Shown piece after piece: positions 29,010 to 37,594 of a stretch of DNA of 64,000 nt. A model generated the notes under the pieces. That model had not been told where the DNA came from. It did not search any database and saw only the letters and a program-made list of their open reading frames with translations. Within the stretch, counting starts at the first letter, position 1. The number at the start of each line of letters is the position of its first letter. The position numbers were made by a program, and so were the translations under genes. This DNA comes from an uncultured virus (IMG/VR IMGVR_UViG_3300033068_001325) (taxonomy: Duplodnaviria > Heunggongvirae > Uroviricota > Caudoviricetes). The stretch lies in IMG/VR virus record IMGVR_UViG_3300033068_001325; one strand, 5' to 3'.

Positions 29010-30464
29010 TTAACCAGAATACCCAGAGGCCGTACAAATTACGCTAGCCCCCGTCGTGACATTTTGTGCGTAGAGACCGTTTCCAGAGGTTGTCCAGAAG
29101 AGGGGAGTTGATCCTGTTCCTTGCTCACCACCGCCGTTAGCTGACACCGAGAGCGTGTCGAGAACCGTTCCTCCACTTCCATCCTGTATCTGAACCTTCG
29201 TCCCAACCCCGTTAGATGGGTCTCCCTTGCAAGCCACTCGCGTTATATAGAGGCGGTTAGATGCAACCGCGGCCACTACCTGCGTGCTTGTTGTGCCCGT
29301 CATCGCTGCCGTGGTCCCTTTTACAAAGGGAGCCCCGAGCGCAAGTGTCCCGGGGAAGCCAGATACCATGGTTCCGGGCCTCTGATCGACGACGAGAGCC
29401 GTATCGGTCGCAGCAGCCGGCGTGCTGGCTGCCTTCACCGTCGATCCGTTAGTGCCGTCGGTCAGGCGACTAAAAATTGGATTTGAGATCGAGAGTAGCG
29501 ACGCTCCCTGCTGCAGTTTCACATTCCCGATCCATGTATCGGAAACCTGCGCCGGCAAAGGATTCAAGGATGAATTCGCTTGAGCCTTTATGACTGCAAG
29601 CATAGAGCACGAGGCCGTTGATGTTGGAAGCGAACATGGGGAATCCGTCGGCGTTCCAAGTGCGGAATTTGCGGTCGCTTGGTTCGCCGATGTCGCCGCT
29701 CCGGTCGGAAGAACTGACGTCTTGACGTTCACCCACGCGCCGTTCGTCGAGTCGCCGCGCAGGCGATCGAACGTCGTCCCATTGTAGACCATCGGGAAAG
29801 ACTGGCCCTGGACAAGACCAGCCGTCGGCGGTGTGAACGTATCGGCTAGCGCAGCGCTCGTTACGCGCGCAGCCGCCATATTCGTTCCATCAGAGAAGCC
29901 GGCAGCCGTCCCGGTCGCAGGGAAGGCAGATCCAAAACTGCTCGACGTTCCTCCACCGCCGCCAGCAGAGCTCCCGCCGCCAGCGCCGGTGCCGAGGCCA
30001 GATCCACCGACCATATTGGCCGTCGTGGATCCTCCCGTGGCGATACAGTGCAGCGTCGTCACACCGCTCGGGATCGTGAATTCAAACCAGCTCTGCGGCG
30101 CAATCAGCTTGTCGGCCACGGTCGCAGCAACGCCATTGACGTTGCAGTACATCGGATTTGAGCCGACGTTGCTGACGTCGACCACCGCACCAGTCGGCAG
30201 CGTGCCCGAGCTGTCGCTGGTCGTAACTGTCAGCGGCGTGCCGCGCGCGCCCGCGGCGCTGGGGAGAAAACCGGTAAGGCTTCCAGAGATCGGAAGCGGC
30301 GCAACACCGGAACAGGGTACAGCCTGGTTGCTGCCGTTCTGGCACATGAGCTGGACGCCAACGACATTCTTGCCGGCAGTCGGCGTCTTGAATTCGTTTT
30401 GCGCCGATGCGGGCGCAGCGGCGAACAGTGCCGCGGCCAGCGCGGCAAGACGAAGAAGCTTCAT
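29010..30464 (-). CDS. Signal-peptide-bearing fibre-like protein
   Basis: MKLLRLAALAAALFAAAPASA/QN; YNGTTFDRLRG, LPTGAATSANQ, VKAASTPAAATDTALVV fibre-type motifs. Confidence 0.78.
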   Translation of the reverse strand: MKLLRLAALAAALFAAAPASAQNEFKTPTAGKNVVGVQLMCQNGSNQAVPCSGVAPLPISGSLTGFLPSAAGARGTPLTVTTSDSSGTLPTGAVVDVSNVGSNPMYCNVNGVAATVADKLIAPQSWFEFTIPSGVTTLHCIATGGSTTANMVGGSGLGTGAGGGSSAGGGGGTSSSFGSAFPATGTAAGFSDGTNMAAARVTSAALADTFTPPTAGLVQGQSFPMVYNGTTFDRLRGDSTNGAWVNVKTSVLPTGAATSANQATANSALGTPTDSPCSLPTSTASCSMLAVIKAQANSSLNPLPAQVSDTWIGNVKLQQGASLLSISNPIFSRLTDGTNGSTVKAASTPAAATDTALVVDQRPGTMVSGFPGTLALGAPFVKGTTAAMTGTTSTQVVAAVASNRLYITRVACKGDPSNGVGTKVQIQDGSGGTVLDTLSVSANGGGEQGTGSTPLFWTTSGNGLYAQNVTTGASVICTASGYSG

Positions 30465-30472
30465 GAAACCCC

Positions 30473-30886
30473 CTACGGGAAAGGTGAAGTGGGAGACAGG
30501 TTGTCGGTTTGCAGGGTGATGGCGAACGTGCACCAGTTGGGCCACCGCTCGAGCACATGCGTGCATAGCCAGGTCGTTCCGTCCGGCAATGCTCCCGACG
30601 GGAAGACAAGCAGATCGCCGCCGAACTTGTCGACGCGGATCTGCGCGAAGACTTGAGGATCGCAGTAGACCTTGCGATGGACGCCCTGAATATTGAGGCT
30701 GTCCATTTGCTTCAGGTCGTCGTCAGTCATCGCCTGCAGCTGAATCTTGATCGTGCTTTTGGTGTAGCTCGGCGTGCGCTTTCCGCTCGCCGCAGTCGTC
30801 GGGCCAGTGTTGTGCCAGAGCTGCGCATAGATGTTCGGATTGATCGCTGATGTCGCGAAGTTTGCGATCGCGCGCAGGTTCACCAT
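30473..30886 (-). CDS. Head closure / head-tail joining protein
   Basis: NLRAIAN....INP...G.RTPSY...QLQAM...GGDLL.F...WL...VLE.WP.W. Confidence 0.78.
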   Translation of the reverse strand: MVNLRAIANFATSAINPNIYAQLWHNTGPTTAASGKRTPSYTKSTIKIQLQAMTDDDLKQMDSLNIQGVHRKVYCDPQVFAQIRVDKFGGDLLVFPSGALPDGTTWLCTHVLERWPNWCTFAITLQTDNLSPTSPFP

Positions 30887-31311
30887 CCGCGGAATCTCCG
30901 GCCTTCGGTCTTGCGGCGCTCACGCGCGGTACGGGCGGAAAGTTTTGGCGTAAGGATTTTCATGCTGTCGACAGCGCCGTCCTTGGTGCCGTCGATCAGG
31001 ATGAGCTGCGCATTGTGCTGGAATATTCCCTTGGCCAGGTTCAAATCCAGCTGCGGCTCTTTCGGATCAAGATAGGGCTTCAGCTGCTCGCCACGTTCGG
31101 CGCGCGCCAGGTTTTCCGCCTCTATCTTGTCGTTGAATTCAATGATCTGGGAAACGATGGAATAGGCCAGCGTCGGCAGCGCCGCGTAGCATATTGCCCT
31201 TCGCGTGAGTGGGCCGAGATCTTCAAGAGCCGCCAGCTCGAGCTCTGTGAGAACAGCGCCGCGATGGGACGCCGGCGCTGCAATTCCGTTGCTTCCTCTT
31301 CTGACCAACAT
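30880..31311 (-). CDS. Hypothetical protein
   Basis: GAGGAGG RBS; in operon. Confidence 0.55.
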   Translation of the reverse strand: MLVRRGSNGIAAPASHRGAVLTELELAALEDLGPLTRRAICYAALPTLAYSIVSQIIEFNDKIEAENLARAERGEQLKPYLDPKEPQLDLNLAKGIFQHNAQLILIDGTKDGAVDSMKILTPKLSARTARERRKTEGRRFRGW

Positions 31312-31370
31312 CGCCATCCTCCTCGCGAGGCCCGTTTTCTTACACGAGCTCTCGCGAGAAGGCGATGCTC

Positions 31371-32531
31371 TTATGAGATGCGATAGAGGGTCCACGCACC
31401 GGTTCCGGTCTTCCTCGCCCGGAAGCGACCAGACACGTTCTGCGCGATCGTCAGCACGCCGACCGTGGTCCAGCTGTTGGGCACCACGGTGATGGTATTG
31501 GCGCCGCCCGACGTGTTGATGATCGAGAAATCGAACGAGTCGTTGTTGGCCGCATCCGGAATGGCAGTGTCCATGGCCGACTGAAGCGGCAGCGTCAAAT
31601 TGATCGCACCGCTGGGAGTGGACTGGATAATTCCAGCGAGCAGCTGGGCTGCGGACAGCGTAGCGGCCGTGTCCTGGGTGGCCTGCGCCCCCTGCGCGCG
31701 CAAACCGACGCCGAGCTGGCGAACCGAACCCGCTACGCCAGAACCATTCGGGGCACCGCCCTGGATGATGACGGAGCCGCCATTGGCGTTTCCGCCAGAT
31801 CCAGCGCCGCCGGTGAGGCTTGCAACTCCACCGGTACCGCTCGTGGCGCCACCAGCACCGCCGACCAGACCGACAGCGCCGCCGGCCCCCGTGGCACCGC
31901 CGACCCCACCGGTGACTTGGGCAGCTCCGCCGGCCGCGGAACCTTGACCAGCACCACCGGTTACGGCCGCGGCACCACCGGCCGCGTTGCCCGCAGTACC
32001 GGCACCGCCGACGAGCGATGCGGCGCCACCAGCTCCGGATGTCGATCCACCAGCGCCGCCGGTCACGCTCGCGGCACCGCCGATCCCGGTCGCGCCAGGC
32101 ACGCCGCCAAGCAGGGAAGCCGCACCACCAGCATTAGCCGACGTCGACGACGTGCCGCCCTTCGCCTGAATGGAGCCGCCCTGCGCGGCCGCAAGGCCTT
32201 GGAAGAGGCATGGCGTTGCGGTGCACCCGCTGCCTTGGGTGTTGACGGAAGTGAACGTGCCGGCGCGCGGCGTCGTCGCGCCGATGATCATGTTGTCGAT
32301 CGAGCCCGCCGCACCAGTCGCGCGATTGGGCGGAAGAAACGGAAACGGGATCTGCCCGTTACGATCGGTCAGGAAAATGGTGTTCGCGGGCTGCGAGCGC
32401 GCCGGCAACATGAGGACAGCCAGCACCGCCGCGATCAGCAGCACCGCCAGCACAATATCGAAAATCCGATGACGCAAGAACGTGCCCGGGTGAAGTCGGG
32501 GAACGTCCATCTTGTTGAATGACGAAAACAT
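31371..32531 (-). CDS. Gly-rich repeat fibre/decoration protein with N-terminal hydrophobic signal
   Basis: About 8 repeats of GGAxx(L/V)xGGxG; C-terminal TLSAAQLLAGII...SFDFSIIN...RFRARKTG..AWTLYR domain; IVLAVLLIAAVLAVLMLPARS/Q. Confidence 0.75.
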   Translation of the reverse strand: MFSSFNKMDVPRLHPGTFLRHRIFDIVLAVLLIAAVLAVLMLPARSQPANTIFLTDRNGQIPFPFLPPNRATGAAGSIDNMIIGATTPRAGTFTSVNTQGSGCTATPCLFQGLAAAQGGSIQAKGGTSSTSANAGGAASLLGGVPGATGIGGAASVTGGAGGSTSGAGGAASLVGGAGTAGNAAGGAAAVTGGAGQGSAAGGAAQVTGGVGGATGAGGAVGLVGGAGGATSGTGGVASLTGGAGSGGNANGGSVIIQGGAPNGSGVAGSVRQLGVGLRAQGAQATQDTAATLSAAQLLAGIIQSTPSGAINLTLPLQSAMDTAIPDAANNDSFDFSIINTSGGANTITVVPNSWTTVGVLTIAQNVSGRFRARKTGTGAWTLYRIS

Positions 32532-32547
32532 GAGGCTCTCCTGCTCT

Positions 32548-33078
32548 CTACGGTTTGGGTGGTTTGGCGGCTTTGGCGATCGACGCATATTTGGCTGCGC
32601 CGGCAGTGGAAGGTGACGTGGTGATTGCGCCAACGGTGCCGTAGCGCACTTCCCAGGCGATGGCGTTTATCGTGTCCCCGTGCTCTATCAGAGGTTTGTC
32701 GAAACCCTTCTTCGCGATCGTCGACGCCGCAAGCGGCGGTGACCACAGATCAAGATAGGATTCTTTCAGCTGGCCCTTGATGGCCTCGCCTGTGCGTTCG
32801 AGCGTCAGCCGCAAATCGTAGTTTGTCGCCTTCAGCTGGTAGGCGATTCCTTGCGGCCACTCGCCGGCCTTTGCCGCGATCATGTTCCGAAAAGCCGGCC
32901 GCGGCGGCATCTTATCAGTACCGAATTCAAGCCGGAACGCGCGCAGCGCCAGGGAATCGCCGTTCGGCGCCGTCGCTCCCTCCAGAAACCCGACCCGAAG
33001 CGTCCCGGGTTCCTTCAGCTTGGCCGCCATCTGGGCGAGCGCCTGGTGCAGCTTCTTGCCGCCCTTGATCTCGGCCAT
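32548..33078 (-). CDS. Neck / tail completion protein
   Basis: LRVGFLEGAT...EFGT...PPRPAFR...PPLAASTIAKKGFDKPLIE. Confidence 0.82.
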   Translation of the reverse strand: MAEIKGGKKLHQALAQMAAKLKEPGTLRVGFLEGATAPNGDSLALRAFRLEFGTDKMPPRPAFRNMIAAKAGEWPQGIAYQLKATNYDLRLTLERTGEAIKGQLKESYLDLWSPPLAASTIAKKGFDKPLIEHGDTINAIAWEVRYGTVGAITTSPSTAGAAKYASIAKAAKPPKP

Positions 33079-33190
33079 ATGTGATCCCCGGTCACAAACA
33101 AACCCGGAACTCTCGATTTGTTCCGCTTCAGAAGCCAGGTGGCAGCCAAATGGCGGGTGCATAGCCCGCCAAATGGCTGTTTCCCGGGCT

Positions 33191-33652
33191 TTATGAGGCT
33201 GCCTGTGAGTTTTCCTCGGCCGGCGCACCCTTCGGCGGCACCGCCGTGGGGTCGATATCCACGCCGTCGCTAGCGTTCGGGTCTTCACCGGGAGCGTCCG
33301 GCTTTTCGGTGGAACCGTCGACCGTGTCCCCCAGCGACAGCAGCACCTGCAGGGCCTCCCGGTTCCCGGCCAGCCAGTCGAGCAGGTCGACCACACTCGG
33401 GTCGGCCAGGCGCTCGATCGCCGCCAGCTGCTCGGGCTTCAACTTGGGCAGCTCGTCGAAAGAGATCTGCACCCGGGCAACCGACTCGCCGAGATCGTCG
33501 ACGCGCTTGCGCAAGTCATCGAGCGACGTAGTGTCCATATTGTCGAAGGCGTTGAGCGCCGACTCGAGTCGGGCGAGCAATCCGCCGTCGAATAGCCGCT
33601 CGAGGCGTACCTTGAACGCATCGAGCAATTTCAATCTGGCATCCAAATCCAT
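33191..33652 (-). CDS. Hypothetical acidic coiled-coil protein
   Basis: AGGAGG RBS; in operon. Confidence 0.62.
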   Translation of the reverse strand: MDLDARLKLLDAFKVRLERLFDGGLLARLESALNAFDNMDTTSLDDLRKRVDDLGESVARVQISFDELPKLKPEQLAAIERLADPSVVDLLDWLAGNREALQVLLSLGDTVDGSTEKPDAPGEDPNASDGVDIDPTAVPPKGAPAEENSQAAS

Positions 33653-33686
33653 TCGTCTCCTCCTACTGGTTTGTGGCGCCTGCCTA

Positions 33687-33980
33687 TCAGGCGCCGGGCT
33701 TTTCCTTCTCGTCGCCGGGCTTTTCCTTCTCGTCGGCCTGCGCCGGCGCCTCTTCAACGATGGTGTCGACCCCGGGCTCACCGACGATCTGGCTGGTGTC
33801 CTTCGGCCGCGCGATCGTCACGATGCCGCTTTCGAGAATGCCAGGATTCTGCGTAGCCCACCGGCGCGCAAAATCCTCGTCGACCTTGTTGACACCGGAC
33901 TTCAAGACGACGTCCGGCAAACCTTCCAGCTTCAGGCGCAGACCACTCTTCGGCCTGCAGATTACATTGACCGTGCTCAT
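33687..33980 (-). CDS. Hypothetical head-region protein
   Basis: ATGA overlap; ends with a duplicated DEKEKPG. Confidence 0.62.
   Translation of the reverse strand: MSTVNVICRPKSGLRLKLEGLPDVVLKSGVNKVDEDFARRWATQNPGILESGIVTIARPKDTSQIVGEPGVDTIVEEAPAQADEKEKPGDEKEKPGA
33692..33733. repeat. 21-bp tandem duplication (in frame)
   Basis: CGCCGGGCTTTTCCTTCTCGT x2. Confidence 0.9.
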
Positions 33981-34498
33981 CGTGTCCTTCTCCCAGGAAA
34001 ATAGCCGAAGCCTCCGCCGGTCACGCCATTATCAATTCCGGTTCCGAAACGTGTCGGACCCGGAAGATAACGCGCGCGCCGAAAGGCGGCCGTGGCTTGC
34101 CAAAAACTCGCCCCGTAAGGCGTCTGCAGAAACCACGCACTATTCGGTTCGGATGGATATTCCGTCGAAACCGATACTGAGCCTTCGCTCGCGCTCGACA
34201 CTCGGCCGACCAGGCCAGGCGCGCCGGCGCTTCCAGTGCGAGCGCCGTCACCATTCGGACCGAAAGACACCTGCAGCAGGTGAGCCGTCAGCATGAACAT
34301 CAGCGTGGTCTGCAACGCAACCGTCGGAACAGGGCTGGTGCCATCGTTGCGCAGATAGATCGTGGCGACGTCGAACTGCGCCTGAAGCGTCCCGGACGCT
34401 ATGCCGGTGAAATTGGGATATGCAGTGAGGAATGCTGTCTCATCCCAAACCGCGATCGGCCCGCTTTCACCAGCGCATATGACCGGGAAGTACGACAT
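33977..34498 (-). CDS. Head-tail adaptor (DUF4054-like)
   Basis: FLTAYPNF...LTAHL...GLVGRVSSASEGSVSVS...WFLQTPYGASFWQ. Confidence 0.88.
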   Translation of the reverse strand: MSYFPVICAGESGPIAVWDETAFLTAYPNFTGIASGTLQAQFDVATIYLRNDGTSPVPTVALQTTLMFMLTAHLLQVSFGPNGDGARTGSAGAPGLVGRVSSASEGSVSVSTEYPSEPNSAWFLQTPYGASFWQATAAFRRARYLPGPTRFGTGIDNGVTGGGFGYFPGRRTR

Positions 34499-34509
34499 GG
34501 CTGCGATTC

Positions 34510-35115
34510 CTACTTCTTCGGCCGCGGCGTTTCGTCGTCGATCTCCACGTCACCGACATTCTGATTGTTGGTCGTCATGACGCGCGGATCCTTATCCTGC
34601 GCCAGCGGCTCGAGCCCGGTTCGCATGTCACCGCGCTCCCGCGCGTAGGACATGGCTTCCGCTTCCGTATCGAAGCCGGCAATCAATCCCTTCTGGACGA
34701 TGTCGAGCCCGGGATTCTGCTCAACCCATTTGCGCCAGAAATCAGCCGGCACATCGCGGGTGATCGACCATCCATCGATAATCGGATAGGCCGGAATGAG
34801 GCCAAAGCCAAGCACCGCGGGCCTGATGCGTACCTTCTCCGGCATTCGCATCGGCAGGCGCTGCGTTCGGGTGCCGCCGCCCATGACCTGCACTTGCTGG
34901 TCGACGAAGCTGAAGAGCTGCAAGTAGATACCGCGCGGCAATTTGCTGACCACAAAAACGGTCGACTGCGCCGCGCCGGCAACTTCGGCCGATTTGTCGA
35001 TCGTTGGCGCCGCCACGGGCGCGGCGGCAGAGGAAGCTTCGGGAGTGGAAGGAGTCGCGGCTGCCTTCCGTGCGGCTTTCGCTGCAGCGGCGGCTTTCTG
35101 TGCCTTGTTCGCCAT
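34510..35115 (-). CDS. Conserved-type protein downstream of the capsid gene
   Basis: VVSKLPRG...VPADFWRKW...TGLEPL; GAGG RBS. Confidence 0.72.
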   Translation of the reverse strand: MANKAQKAAAAAKAARKAAATPSTPEASSAAAPVAAPTIDKSAEVAGAAQSTVFVVSKLPRGIYLQLFSFVDQQVQVMGGGTRTQRLPMRMPEKVRIRPAVLGFGLIPAYPIIDGWSITRDVPADFWRKWVEQNPGLDIVQKGLIAGFDTEAEAMSYARERGDMRTGLEPLAQDKDPRVMTTNNQNVGDVEIDDETPRPKK

Positions 35116-35155
35116 GTTCGGTGCCTCTCATTTAAGAGCTGGAAAGTGGGGTTTG

Positions 35156-35194
35156 AAAAAATCCCCGGAGCAACGCGGGCGCGAAGCTCCGGGG
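35156..35194 (-). terminator. Intrinsic terminator after the major capsid gene
   Basis: CCCCGGAGC/GCTCCGGGG stem followed by a T-tract on the minus strand. Confidence 0.72.
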
Positions 35195-35239
35195 CAGGAG
35201 GGGTTTGAACCCGGCGGAGCCGCCGGCGTCGTTCTTGTA

Positions 35240-36358
35240 TCAGATGCCGATCATGCTGGCGATGGCAAAAGGCTGGCGAATGACGGCGCCGAGAGTGCCG
35301 CCCACCATCTTCTGCTTGTAGCTCGACATGTCCGGGATCAGGCGGCCGGCGCGCATCTTCAGATTATAGGCGACGTAGCCGGTCTTCTGCTTGCGAACGT
35401 CGGTGCAGATCATCTGCGCGAAGTTGCCGCCGACCACGCCTTGCGGGTTGGTGGCGGACTCCTCGCCGTACTGGACCGCCGAAACGATCTTCAGGTTCGG
35501 CAGGTTCTTCTTGATGAGATCCGACACGTTGACGTCGAAGCTGTTCGTCGCGGTGATCGCGAACTCGGACTGCGGCGACAACGCCAGAACGAAGTTGGAC
35601 TTCAGGTTGATGTTACCACCCGACTGATTGATCAGCTGGATGATCATCGACTGAATGTCGAGATAGATTTCGTTCGGGGTTGCGGTGATGACGTTGTTCG
35701 TCACCCACTTGTTGTTGCCGTAGGCCTTCGGCGAAGGCGTGAGCGCCGCCGTCAGGTTCGGGTCATTCAGAATGCCGTAGTTCTGCAGGCCGGAGATCCC
35801 GAAGAAGTACGACGTGTTCTGATACTGGTTGATGACCCAGGCCGCCGCAGCATTCAGCTCATTCAACCAGTTGATCTTCGCAGCGCCGGCGACATCGAGC
35901 TCACGATCGCCGTACTGGATGATGGTCTGGAAGAGGAACGGCTGTCGGCTCGGGAAGTTGGTGTTCGCATTCACCGAACCGTTGTTGCTGTAGTCGCCAT
36001 AGGCCGACGTCTCGCCCGTGTGCTCGATCGTCGGGAACATGACGCTGTTGAGCGTCCAATCGCCCTTCTGGACTTCATCGAAGATCGACGTCGCCTCGAG
36101 TGGCGAGAAGAGAACTTCGTAGACTTCCGGGTCGATCATGGTCGTGAGCCAAACCGGAATACCGGTGTTGGCTACGGTGGTGATGCCGGGGTTGGCATCC
36201 ATGGCCAGGCGCAGGCCTTCGAGACCGTCGAACGCCATCTCCACGTTCTCGCCCCAGCCGGCAGGGATGTAGGACTGCACGTTGGGGAATGATACGCCCA
36301 TGGAGTGGAAGCGGCGAGCATCGCTCGCAAACTTCGCGCGGGCTTCTTGCAGATTCAT
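35240..36358 (-). CDS. Major capsid protein (DUF2184-like, HK97 fold)
   Basis: KGDW...GETSAYGDYS...YFFGISGLQNYGILNDPNL...GAVIRQPFAIASMIGI. Confidence 0.92.
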   Translation of the reverse strand: MNLQEARAKFASDARRFHSMGVSFPNVQSYIPAGWGENVEMAFDGLEGLRLAMDANPGITTVANTGIPVWLTTMIDPEVYEVLFSPLEATSIFDEVQKGDWTLNSVMFPTIEHTGETSAYGDYSNNGSVNANTNFPSRQPFLFQTIIQYGDRELDVAGAAKINWLNELNAAAAWVINQYQNTSYFFGISGLQNYGILNDPNLTAALTPSPKAYGNNKWVTNNVITATPNEIYLDIQSMIIQLINQSGGNINLKSNFVLALSPQSEFAITATNSFDVNVSDLIKKNLPNLKIVSAVQYGEESATNPQGVVGGNFAQMICTDVRKQKTGYVAYNLKMRAGRLIPDMSSYKQKMVGGTLGAVIRQPFAIASMIGI

Positions 36359-36383
36359 GAGAGTGCCTCTCTGTCTAGGAAAG

Positions 36384-36412
36384 AAAAAAGGCGCTCCCGC
36401 AGGGGATGCGCC
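36384..36412 (-). terminator. Terminator-like hairpin just upstream of the capsid gene
   Basis: GGCGC.TCCC/GGGAGCGCC followed by T6 on the minus strand. Confidence 0.55.
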
Positions 36413-36476
36413 CGGGTTTCGAGTTGAACTACGATTTGAGGATGGACCGCCTCTGCGGGGCCGAAGCCCCGCTCTA

Positions 36477-37460
36477 TCACTTCACGCGAGCGATCTTCAC
36501 CAGCGCGCCGACAGCACCGGCACTCTTGCAGTACCAGTCGGTCTCGATCGAGTCCTGAGACGTGATCGTGGTCGAGCCGACAACGGTGTTGTTGTCGACC
36601 GCATAGGTGCCGGCCGCGCCAGGCGAACCGGTGATCTGCTGCGAAATGACCGTGCCGGCGACAACACCGGAACCGGTGATGACTTCGCCGACGTTGTATT
36701 CGCCGGTGACGGTGCCGGCCGTCATGATGCCGTAGGTGCCGGAAATGGTCGTGCCGGCCGCAACGCTCTGGTTGGGGATCGACACGGCATACCGACCGAC
36801 ACCGCCCAGGTCCTCGCCCGACTCGAGCGGCAGGAGCTGCTCGACCACCTTCGTCCCCGACGCAACGCCGGAGCCGGAGAGCGTGGTGCCCGGGCGCACG
36901 ACGCCGGAGTTGACCGTGTCGACATACAGCACGTTGTCGACAATCGAGCCATCCACGGACGACGTCGCCGCAGCGATCGACGCGGTGGAAGAGCCGCCCG
37001 ACGGCGTGGAGCCCGCGGCCGCGAACATCACGGCGCCGTCCTTGTATCGCGCGAAGGCCTTCATGCCGGGAAGAGCTTGCGCCGAAGCGTTGGCGTTCTC
37101 TACCCACATTCCCACGATCGAAAAGAGCTCGATCTGGAATCCCTTCTGCAGATACTCCACCGCAGTTGCCAGGTAGGCCGTGATGAGGCCCTGCTGGCTG
37201 CGGTGCACGAGGCCGGCCGGCGCGCCGGAACCGAACGTGTTGACGCGGGCCGGAGCGCCGTCGCTGTCGATGTTGGCATAGTCGAGCCAGCCGAAGCGGC
37301 CGACAACCGCGCCGTCGACCACAACGTCATCGATGACGCCGTAGCCGGCCACGAGTGCGCCAGCTCCCGCATCGACAGTGGAACGCGGATTTGCGTCGCA
37401 GAAATCGCCGGCGACGGCGGGCGCCTGATAGGCTTGAACCTGTGACGGAAAGTCACCCAT
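36477..37460 (-). CDS. Head decoration / cement protein with inserted beta modules
   Basis: QAPAVAGDFCDANPR...VGRFGW...GLVHRSQQGLIT..L...ETDWY...GALVKI; located between protease and capsid genes. Confidence 0.82.
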   Translation of the reverse strand: MGDFPSQVQAYQAPAVAGDFCDANPRSTVDAGAGALVAGYGVIDDVVVDGAVVGRFGWLDYANIDSDGAPARVNTFGSGAPAGLVHRSQQGLITAYLATAVEYLQKGFQIELFSIVGMWVENANASAQALPGMKAFARYKDGAVMFAAAGSTPSGGSSTASIAAATSSVDGSIVDNVLYVDTVNSGVVRPGTTLSGSGVASGTKVVEQLLPLESGEDLGGVGRYAVSIPNQSVAAGTTISGTYGIMTAGTVTGEYNVGEVITGSGVVAGTVISQQITGSPGAAGTYAVDNNTVVGSTTITSQDSIETDWYCKSAGAVGALVKIARVK

Positions 37461-37594
37461 TTCAGTCTTCCTTCAAGTTGTGTTGGGAGAGGGGAGTGCG
37501 CTTCATTTTTCAGACCGACTTATCGACCGGAAAACTGAAGCGCGGTTTTGCCCCTCCCCCGTTTCGGGAGAGGGTTTTTCGATGCGCGCGGCGA

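Noticed and set aside
33692..33733. 21-bp duplication as att site or regulatory repeat
   Set aside because: In-frame duplication in a low-complexity C-terminus; simple slippage explains it
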